NCBI GenBank assembly: GCA_963665665.1
Contig: OY762428.1
Location: forward strand, 608,001-672,000
Length of the DNA: 64,000 nt
Reading direction: 5' to 3'
From: Candidatus Kapaibacterium sp.
Lineage (GTDB): Bacteria; Bacteroidota; Ignavibacteria; Kapaibacteriales; UBA2268
The notes beneath the pieces were generated by a model. It was not told the origin of the DNA, made no database searches, and saw only the letters and a program-made list of their open reading frames with translations. Numbering within the stretch: position 1 is the stretch's first letter; each line of letters opens with the position of its first letter. This document shows positions 20,951-29,174 of this stretch, piece after piece. The position numbers and the translations under genes were made by a program.

Positions 20951-21908
20951 AATGAAATATATTGTAACAGTACTATTCTTTGGTTTATTTTTTATACCAA
21001 TGTTTGGAGTTCAAAATGAAGAAATGAAAAAAGGTTATGAGTATTTTAAAAATACATTACTAAATATGTTTTATCAATTTTATTTTCAGGAATCTGATAT
21101 AAAACGCATTAATTTTTATGATACTTCGGATTATTTATTAGGATTTATATATTTAGATAAAAATATTTATTATTCTACGAATTATAGTAATGTAAACGAA
21201 GGAATTATTCGAATGGAATATGTAAAATTCGAACAACCAATTATAGATCGAATTATTACATTTGAAAGACAAGATGATTCATCTTGGGTTCAAACTAATA
21301 TTGATAGTAGCACTTTTATCATTCTTGATTCTCTATCATATTCTTATACTAATTTCAAAAATGAAAATGAGGATATCGAAATTGAAAAAAATAATAGTTA
21401 CCATATTATTTATGAGACAGATAAAAATATAGTACAGAAAACATATTGTTTCAATGATATAAGTATTATTTTAGCCAGAAAAAGGCACTTTTTTGATTGG
21501 TTGTTATCTGACTGGAGACAATATAAAATTATAGTCCGGAAAAATAAAAAATATGAATATATCCTGATTAGTTCCCGGCCATTATGGTGGAATGGCAATC
21601 ATATATATTTACCAATACCTTCATATTATTTTTTTTATGAAAATGAATCATTAAATTGAATTGATAATATTTCAATAAATAATTATCAGGAATTCGCTGA
21701 AAATCTTCTTGAAGACATGCTTGATAACAAACAATTTGATATTGACAGCCTGATAGCAGTAAATTCCAAATACGATAGTTCGATAAATTTTAGAAAAATT
21801 GACGATACTTTATACTGCGATAATCCTGAAGAATTGTGGTTATACCCAAAAGTAGTTTTCAGCCGGGATTCAATGAAACCAGAGGAGTTGCCATTTTTAA
21901 ATGATTAA
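20940..21908 (+). pseudogene. Putative immunity protein 1, interrupted by in-frame TGA at 21657
   Basis: Overlaps toxin stop; signal-like N-terminus; frame continues after TGA and matches the intact paralog 24848-25804, which has AGA there. Confidence 0.75.
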
Positions 21909-21959
21909 ATTATTACACTATTTCAGAGTATTTCAGCAAAAATTTTACAAAGGACCAAA

Positions 21960-22052
21960 ATGAAACAACTATTTACACTATGCATTACAGGACTGATAAT
22001 TATTATTGCAGCGGGGCGCTCTGCTGCCGGCGAAGGCAAATGCCCGGCTTGA
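21960..22052 (+). pseudogene. Truncated 5' copy (signal peptide only) of the YCF48-like gene
   Basis: MKQLFTLCITGLIIIIAAGRSAAGEGK matches the start of 25857-27989, then CPA-stop. Confidence 0.7.
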
Positions 22053-22278
22053 AAAATACTAAATTGGTTTCATTTCTAATACTAATTTCTTATATTAGGG
22101 GAAATGGAATAACTTGCGGGGAGACTGATGGACGTCAGAAAGAAAAATTCCCCTTGAGTGGTGGCCGAAGGCCGGGGTGGAAAAAGACTGGAAACAGAAG
22201 GCATTGTTTCCATATTACCTGTTGCCCAAGAATAGGAAACTGATACAAAGGGCAAGAGAATTATAAGTGGTGAAAATA

Positions 22279-23010
22279 ATGAAAAATAGTTATTATTTTG
22301 TTTTGAATTTTGCAATTATTTTTTTGAATATATTGCCAGATTTCGTTTTTTGTAATAATGATATTAATCAAAAGGATACATTAAACAAAAAAGTAAACTT
22401 CGACTATTCAGTTTCGAATTTTCAAACGAATCATGAAGATAATGGTGTAAATAATTTAATTGCAGATAATTATAATTTTGAGAATAATAATTCTTTTGTC
22501 AATTATGGGAATCTTCCAAGCTTGATTGATTCCATCTATATTCAGTTTAATGATTCAGCGGAAAAATATGTAAATTGGTATTATAAAGAAGATATATCTT
22601 TAGGAAGAAGAGCTATAATTTCGTCTTTGCTTCTCCCGAAACCGGAATATCTCCATGCACTATCGATGAATATGAAATATCTATATAAGTTAGAAAAGAA
22701 TATTTTTAAAGATTCAATAGAAGTTGTAAAAAAAATGAATTTAGTAATTGTTGATGAAAACATAATTTTCTATGATATTATACATAAAACTTGGTGGAAT
22801 ATGTTGAAAAAAAATGAAGGAATTGAAATTTATCATAATGATGATTCTTTAAATATTGAAAGGATGAAGAAGCATTATGAAATCATCAGGAATTTCTATA
22901 TTTACTGGTATTCCATTTATAAGCTGAAAGGACTTGATTATATGATTGAGAACAAAATCAGATGTCTGCCTGACAATTACCAGTGGCGGGAGTCGAATCA
23001 AAATAATTGA
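22279..23010 (+). CDS. Low-GC secreted hypothetical protein (possible orphan immunity protein)
   Basis: 243-aa ORF, hydrophobic N-terminus, located between toxin cassettes. Confidence 0.6.
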   Translation: MKNSYYFVLNFAIIFLNILPDFVFCNNDINQKDTLNKKVNFDYSVSNFQTNHEDNGVNNLIADNYNFENNNSFVNYGNLPSLIDSIYIQFNDSAEKYVNWYYKEDISLGRRAIISSLLLPKPEYLHALSMNMKYLYKLEKNIFKDSIEVVKKMNLVIVDENIIFYDIIHKTWWNMLKKNEGIEIYHNDDSLNIERMKKHYEIIRNFYIYWYSIYKLKGLDYMIENKIRCLPDNYQWRESNQNN

Positions 23011-23110
23011 TACTCTGAATCATTATTTTTTATTTATAAAACCATAATTAAAAAATACATACAATTTTGATAGCATAAACAGAATACGAAATCAAAACCC
23101 AAGGACCAAA

Positions 23111-23203
23111 ATGAAACAAATATTTACACTATGCATTACAGGACTGATAATTATTATTGCTGCGGGGCGCCCTGCTGCCGGCGAAGGCAAGTGCCTGGCT
23201 TGA
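23111..23203 (+). pseudogene. Second truncated 5' copy of the YCF48-like gene
   Basis: MKQIFTLCITGLIIIIAAGRPAAGEGK-CLA-stop. Confidence 0.7.
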
Positions 23204-23329
23204 AAAATACTATATTGGTTTCATTTCTAATACTGATTGCGTATATTATGGGAAATGGAATAACTTATGGGAAGCCTGATGGACGACAGAAAGAAAAATT
23301 CCCTCTTGAGGGGTGCCCGAAGGGCGGGG

Positions 23330-23744
23330 TGGAAAAAGACTGGAAGCAGAAGGCATTGTTTCCATATTACCTGTTGCCCAAGAATAGGAAACTGACACAA
23401 AGGGCAAGAGAATTAAGAAAAGCAGGTGTTCTGTCCGAAGTTGTTTTCTGGAAAGCTTTTAAAGATAAGAGAAGTCTTGGCTGGGATATTGACAGGCAAT
23501 AATAATTGGCAACTACATAGTTGATTTCTTTATTGCGGAGTTGGGACTTGTTTTTGAGATTGACGGGAGTTCGCATAATGAAAAGGTCGAATATGATGAA
23601 AATCGCGATGCCTTTTTATCAGGTTTTGGCTTGAAAGTTGTTCATTTTAGCGATAAAGATGTATTGAAAAATATTCATGGAGTTGAGCAGGAAGTGAAAA
23701 GAAGTATCGATGAACGTTTCAGGTTTCTGAGAAATGAGCAATAA
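23330..23744 (+). pseudogene. DUF559 (Vsr-like/PD-(D/E)XK) endonuclease pseudogene
   Basis: RARELRK..SEVVFW..RQ*IIGNYIVDFF..LVFEIDGSSH..D..RD..L..G..VVHF with in-frame TAA at 23500; a 5' fragment also at ~22180-22265. Confidence 0.85.
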
Positions 23745-23844
23745 CCGGGTATATCCACCCCAGCCTGTCCCGATGGATCGGGAACTCGCTGCGCTCGCCA
23801 CCCGCCCTGCCCCGGCCTGTCGGGGTCAAGAGGGGAACTGTCCC

Positions 23845-24858
23845 GGTATGCTGCAGCCACACAGGTACTATCAGGATGCTGGCTACACCAACAGCCGCCA
23901 GGGATTTAACGGGATTGTTGAGCGAAGCGAAATCCCGACTGCATTTTCATTCCATAAATCTATCGGGAAGAAGGACGACGACGTGAAGGCAGATGAAGGC
24001 CAGCACTACGATTTCGGCGCCCGCGCCTACGACCCCAGGGTGGGAAGATTCCTGAGTTTGGATAAATTTAGAGCCAAGTATCCTGATATTTCGCCTTTTT
24101 CTTTTGCTGCTAACTCTCCAAATATATTTATGGATGACAACGGTGATTCCATATATGTTTATACAAACAACAAGGCTGTATATGTTGCGTTGGATTTAGT
24201 CAGGGAAACACAAATTGGTAAAATGGTTATTGATAAGTACATGAACTCACCAAACGAACATGTTCATATTGGTATAGGGGATTTGACAAAGGATAGGGCT
24301 GAAGGGAAAACTCTTAATGGAACAGGAAATCAGCACAATAATTTAATTCAAAATGGCGTTACAAATTTTCCAAATTCAAAACAAAAAAAATATGCACAAG
24401 AATTCTCCCAGTTAAATAATATCCCAGTAAAACCCGGAACAAATCATTTCGTAATATTTGCTGATAATTCCTTTAATCCTGAAGTAAATGATAGTTTCTG
24501 GGATTTCTTCTCTTATGCTAGCACATCAGATAATGCTGAAACAGTATTCCATGAGTTTTTTGCTCATTTATATCGAGGATTGGATGCACAACTGATTATT
24601 TATGAGTTTCGACTTAATAAAGAATTTGATTATGGAGAAATTGAACATAATCATTTAGATTATGGTAATCCGTATAGTTCAACTTATGGAGGGCAAGGAT
24701 TACAACAGGTTTTACCAAACGAACAAAATTATCCTCCTTTAGATCAATTTAAGGATCAATATGATCAGATTAGCGATCAGACAATAGAAAATACTGAAAA
24801 CAAATATAAAAATCAACCTGCTAAACAAAATGGAAAGGCGGAAACTTATGTACGGTAA
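23845..24858 (+). CDS. Orphan Rhs C-terminal cassette 2 (paralog of cassette 1), 5'-truncated
   Basis: Begins GMLQPHRYYQDAG, same core and HEFFAH toxin domain with patches of divergence. Confidence 0.8.
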   Translation, partial: GMLQPHRYYQDAGYTNSRQGFNGIVERSEIPTAFSFHKSIGKKDDDVKADEGQHYDFGARAYDPRVGRFLSLDKFRAKYPDISPFSFAANSPNIFMDDNGDSIYVYTNNKAVYVALDLVRETQIGKMVIDKYMNSPNEHVHIGIGDLTKDRAEGKTLNGTGNQHNNLIQNGVTNFPNSKQKKYAQEFSQLNNIPVKPGTNHFVIFADNSFNPEVNDSFWDFFSYASTSDNAETVFHEFFAHLYRGLDAQLIIYEFRLNKEFDYGEIEHNHLDYGNPYSSTYGGQGLQQVLPNEQNYPPLDQFKDQYDQISDQTIENTENKYKNQPAKQNGKAETYVR

Positions 24859-25804
24859 AACAAAATTATACATAATAGTCTGTCTTGGAATATTTTTTAT
24901 TCCGCTATTTGGTGCAAAAAAAAATGTGTTTAATAGGGGCTATCAATATTTTAAGAATAGATCTTTGGGATCATATATTCAATTATATTTTCAGAATTCT
25001 GATATAAAACAAATTTTTTGTTTTGATACTTCAAATTCGATGTTAGGTTTCGTTTATTTAGATGAAAATCTTTTATACTATAGAAGCTATCAGGATTTAA
25101 AAGGTAATGATAATGTTCATTCAATTAGTTATTATTATAAATCAGGACAGTCGATAATCGGAAGATCAAAAATTTTTAATAAGAATGTTGATTCTTCTGT
25201 GTCGATCACTTTCAAAGATAGTACTGTCATGATCATTGATGATCCTGATTCTTATATCTATATATGTCCTAACAATGAAATATTTAAAATTGAAATTGAA
25301 GATTATGATAGTTATCAAATTATTTATGAAAAAGATGCTGATGGAATACTGAAGTCTTATCATTTTAAAGACATGAGTATAGTTTTATATAGAAATAAAC
25401 ACTTCTTAGATTGGTTAATACCCGACTGGGAATACTACAAAATTATTGTTCATAAAAATGAAAAAATTGAATATATTTTTATTGAGCCTCAAGCATCATG
25501 GCAATATTTTTTATATTCTCATCATATTATCTATGATAAAGAATCATTAAATAGAATTGATAATATTTCAATAAATAATTATCAGGAATTCGCTTATAAT
25601 CTTCTTGAGGATATGCTGGATAATAAACAATTTGATATTGACAGCCTGATAGCTGCAAATTCAAAGTACGATAGTTCGATAAATTTCAGAAAAATTGACG
25701 ATACCTTATACTGCGATAATCCTGAAGAATTGTGGTTATACCCAAAAGTAGTTTTCAGCCGGGATTCAATAAAACCAGAGGAGTTGCCATTTTTAAATGA
25801 TTAA
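24848..25804 (+). CDS. Putative immunity protein 2
   Basis: Overlaps toxin stop; signal-like N-terminus; paralog of immunity 1. Confidence 0.72.
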   Translation: MYGKTKLYIIVCLGIFFIPLFGAKKNVFNRGYQYFKNRSLGSYIQLYFQNSDIKQIFCFDTSNSMLGFVYLDENLLYYRSYQDLKGNDNVHSISYYYKSGQSIIGRSKIFNKNVDSSVSITFKDSTVMIIDDPDSYIYICPNNEIFKIEIEDYDSYQIIYEKDADGILKSYHFKDMSIVLYRNKHFLDWLIPDWEYYKIIVHKNEKIEYIFIEPQASWQYFLYSHHIIYDKESLNRIDNISINNYQEFAYNLLEDMLDNKQFDIDSLIAANSKYDSSINFRKIDDTLYCDNPEELWLYPKVVFSRDSIKPEELPFLND

Positions 25805-25856
25805 ATTATTACACTATTTCAGAGTATTTCAGCAAAAATTTTACAAAGGACAAAAA

Positions 25857-27989
25857 ATGAAACAAATATTTACACTTTGCATTACAGGACTGATAATTAT
25901 TATTGCAGCGGGGCGTCCTGCTGCCGGTGAAGGCAAATGGGAATGGTACAACCCACTGCCTGGCGGCCAGCCAATACAAATGGAAAAAATTGGCGCGGAT
26001 ACCGCCCTGGCGCTTTGCCCCTTCGGCATGCTGGTTTCAACCGACCAGGGAGAAACATGGCAGTACAAGCCTGTGGTACAGGACTCCGCGTTCGTAAACA
26101 TGAGCATTAGCGAAAGCGGCGCAATATGGGCAGGGAACAGGCGCGACCTGCTAAAATCCACCAATATGGGCGACAGTTGGGAAACCATACGCCAGCACGA
26201 TAAAGCAATAGAGCAGATTTATTTTATTAACGACGAAAAGGGCTTTATTTTCAGCCCGGAATTAATTTACAGAACCACCGACGGCGGCCAAAGCTGGGAC
26301 ACCACGGGCATGCCCTCCTACTGCTTACCCCGAAGCATTTTCTTTTTCAACGATACTCATGGCTGGGGCTGCGGCGAAGACGGAGGTATTCTGAGAACCA
26401 CCGACGGCGGCGACAGCTGGGAATTTGATAAAATATATTGGAAAGGTATTTTCAGGGGCGTTTATTTCCAAACCGAGAAATACGGTTACATGTTCGGCGA
26501 AGATGCCGAGCATTATGATGACGGAGATATATATAAAACCACCGACGGCGGTGAAAGCTGGCGTTTGGATGGCAGGTACAGGTCCGATACCAAATGCAAG
26601 AACTGGGATTTCTTTGATCGCAGGGGCGTGCAGGTGGGCAGGGCGGACAGCCTGATAAAGTATGATTTCACAGGATTCAACAACAAGTGGGAGTCTTTTG
26701 CCTACGAGCATGACGCCGTTATCGAAAATGTCCTGATGTTCAGCTATGATATATTTGTTGGCTGGGACAGTATGCAGCGCTTAGTGAAGTCAACCGACGG
26801 CGGCCAGACCTGGGAGGTAAAATCATATTCAATGGTTGGAAGCGCCGTGAACAAAATATATTTTCAGGACGAGAATAAAGGTTGGATACTTAGCGGCGGG
26901 GCTTACTACACAACTTCAGACGCCGGAGAGAACTGGACGGAAAATTCGATAGGTTCCGGGCATAATTACTTAGATATTGCATTCATTGATGATAATACAG
27001 GGTTTATGGCTGCAAAGCAGCTGGTTCAATACAATCCTGAGTATTATTTGTTCAGAACCGAAAACGGCGGTGAAAGCTGGGATGATATTTCCTCCGGGAA
27101 TATGCAGCATAAAATACTGGGAATCACTCCCGGCGGCGTAGTTCTATCCCTTGCCAACGACGGGGAGCTATACAGATCGACCGATAAAGGAAACAATTGG
27201 GATACTATTTCGATAGAATCATTCCTATATGGTCATAATTTTGGAATTGCTGATGAGAATACCTATATAGTTTTTTGTGAGTCAAGTCCTCGTAAGATGT
27301 ATTTTATTACTACTGATGCTGGCGCAACCTGGACGGGAATTGATACTATCCACTATGGAATTGGCAACTATTGTATAGAATTTATGGATGAACAAACAGC
27401 GTTAGTTGGTGGAGCCAAAGGGCATATATACAAAACCACGGACGGATGCCAGACCTGGGAATTGAAAAGCAGTACTGAAGAGAATTTTCGAATAAAAGAT
27501 ATTAAATTTATTGATGAGAACTTAGGCTGGGCAGTTGGAACGGAATCGGCATTTTTCGAGACCACCGACGGCGGTGAAAGCTGGTATTTCAAGAAAGGCC
27601 TGATTGACGGGGATTTGAAAACGATATGTATTGCCGGCTCGGGTAGCGCCTGGATTGGCGGCGATAAGGGCACGATAATTAAATACACCGGCGATGGCAG
27701 CCCCGTGGCTGAAACTTATGTCAGTAAGGAAGAGATAAGCGTTATGAACTACCCCAATCCCTTCCGGGATATGACGACGCTGCGCTTTAATTTAAAAACG
27801 GCAGCACATGTCAGCACGAAGATATACGACCTTTCCGGCCAGGTAGTAGCCGACCTTGGCAGCAAATATATCAACCCCGGCGACTACGAAATGCAATGGC
27901 AACCGGGCGGCCTGCCCTCAGGCGTTTATTTCCTTCGCATCAGCAACGGCAAAACCACAGCCGAGCGCAAGCTGATACTGGGAAGATAG
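25857..27989 (+). CDS. YCF48/BNR (Asp-box) beta-propeller protein with T9SS C-terminal domain
   Basis: Many T(T)DGGxSW repeats; YPNPF...LPSGVYFLRI; signal peptide. Confidence 0.9.
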   Translation: MKQIFTLCITGLIIIIAAGRPAAGEGKWEWYNPLPGGQPIQMEKIGADTALALCPFGMLVSTDQGETWQYKPVVQDSAFVNMSISESGAIWAGNRRDLLKSTNMGDSWETIRQHDKAIEQIYFINDEKGFIFSPELIYRTTDGGQSWDTTGMPSYCLPRSIFFFNDTHGWGCGEDGGILRTTDGGDSWEFDKIYWKGIFRGVYFQTEKYGYMFGEDAEHYDDGDIYKTTDGGESWRLDGRYRSDTKCKNWDFFDRRGVQVGRADSLIKYDFTGFNNKWESFAYEHDAVIENVLMFSYDIFVGWDSMQRLVKSTDGGQTWEVKSYSMVGSAVNKIYFQDENKGWILSGGAYYTTSDAGENWTENSIGSGHNYLDIAFIDDNTGFMAAKQLVQYNPEYYLFRTENGGESWDDISSGNMQHKILGITPGGVVLSLANDGELYRSTDKGNNWDTISIESFLYGHNFGIADENTYIVFCESSPRKMYFITTDAGATWTGIDTIHYGIGNYCIEFMDEQTALVGGAKGHIYKTTDGCQTWELKSSTEENFRIKDIKFIDENLGWAVGTESAFFETTDGGESWYFKKGLIDGDLKTICIAGSGSAWIGGDKGTIIKYTGDGSPVAETYVSKEEISVMNYPNPFRDMTTLRFNLKTAAHVSTKIYDLSGQVVADLGSKYINPGDYEMQWQPGGLPSGVYFLRISNGKTTAERKLILGR

Positions 27990-28012
27990 GATAAAGAATA
28001 ACATTTAACAAT

Positions 28013-28047
28013 GGCGTCCGGATATGAGATATTCGGGCGTTTTTTTT
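28013..28047 (+). terminator. Intrinsic terminator
   Basis: GCGTCCGGATAT-GAG-ATATTCGGGCGT followed by a T run. Confidence 0.75.
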
Positions 28048-28084
28048 AATTATATATGTTTTTAGAGAAAATCCTATATTGCAC

Positions 28085-28153
28085 AAACCGGACAAAGTGT
28101 ACCGGCTAAACCGCTCAAAGTGTACCACCCAGACCGGAAAATTAGTACCAGCA
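28085..28153. repeat. Three 23-bp direct repeats resembling an IS21-family end
   Basis: AAACCGGACAAAGTGTACCGGCT / AAACCGCTCAAAGTGTACCACCC / AGACCGGAAAATTAGTACCAGCA. Confidence 0.55.
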
Positions 28154-28710
28154 TATTTCTGAAACTAAACACAATAATTTTACCTGAGGATTTCTATTAT
28201 ACCAAAGAAATTAATAAGAATGTGTTTTTTTAAGGATTTTTTTTCTAAAAACACAATTTTTTCCGGCAAAAAGCTATTGAAATAAAGTTTAATCCAGCTT
28301 TTCCCACCAAAACTGCCCAAAAAACGGTAATTTTCTTTCCATTTTGGTTGAAAAACTTTGAATTTTGGTATCCTCAACTTGTTTTTTGAACTTTTTCAAA
28401 CATTTCTGACACTGTGAGGCTTTCATTTCGTTTGCCCTCGTAAAAATTCGTAAATTTTCGTAACTATACATTACTGTACAAATATATAAAGTATCATCTG
28501 AATGCAGTCGTAAAAATTAAGCTTACAGGTAATTTTATGGCGGGAAAAGTCAGCCATATTTTTATGTTTTGGGACATTTTCCTGACCTGGAAGTGATATT
28601 TTACTGTTCAATTAATATAGTGGAACGCGAAAGTAAATAATCAAAAATATTTTTGTATTTGTCCGGCATGGTCTCCATCCTCATTTTTTCATATTATTAT
28701 GATATATGTA

Positions 28711-28786
28711 AATATAACAAATTATCCGGTATAAAGTTGCAGGGGTTTTGAATTATTATTTCCGGCCCTGTCTCAAACCCCGCAGA
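28711..28786 (-). promoter_or_regulatory. Conserved 76-bp promoter module (5 copies: 28711, 33116, 37174, 41157, 45395)
   Basis: Near-identical block upstream of every paralog with extended -10 TGTTATATT on the minus strand. Confidence 0.65.
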
Positions 28787-28789
28787 TCT

Positions 28790-29115
28790 TTCACTCTGAG
28801 CGCAGCGAAGAGTCCATTCTTTATACATTCCCCCTCATTACGAAGTTGTAATTCGTAATGCAGTTTTCTTTTGAAGCTGAGCTTCATAATTTCAAAGTAG
28901 AACTTTGCAGGAAATATTCCTTCCCAAGTACAACTTGGGAAGGAGGGAAAATCACCTGTCCCCCGCTGGCGGGGATGCCCGAAGGGCGGGGGTGGATTTC
29001 CGGAAAAATTCCCCTCGTTAAGGGGTGGCGAGCGCAGCGAGACGGGGTGGATTCTTCACACACTATCTGCGAACAAAGATGGATTCTTCGGTCGCTTCGC
29101 TTTCTCAGAATGACC
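28790..29115. repeat. REP pair with nested palindromic cargo (also 33195-33590; compact forms at 37253-37345 and 41237-41325)
   Basis: TCACTCTGAGCGCAGCGAAGAGTCC ... GGATTCTTCGGTCGCTTCGCTTTCTCAGAATGAC inverted pair. Confidence 0.8.
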
Positions 29116-29174
29116 GCTTTATACAATTTTTATATATTTTCAAAGTTCAGCTGAATAGTAACATTTCGTTTTCC

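Noticed and set aside
4451-23502. Stop-codon reassignment suggested by in-frame stops at 4451, 21657 and 23500
   Set aside because: Both TAA and TGA are involved and both end many intact genes here; point mutation or sequence error is simpler
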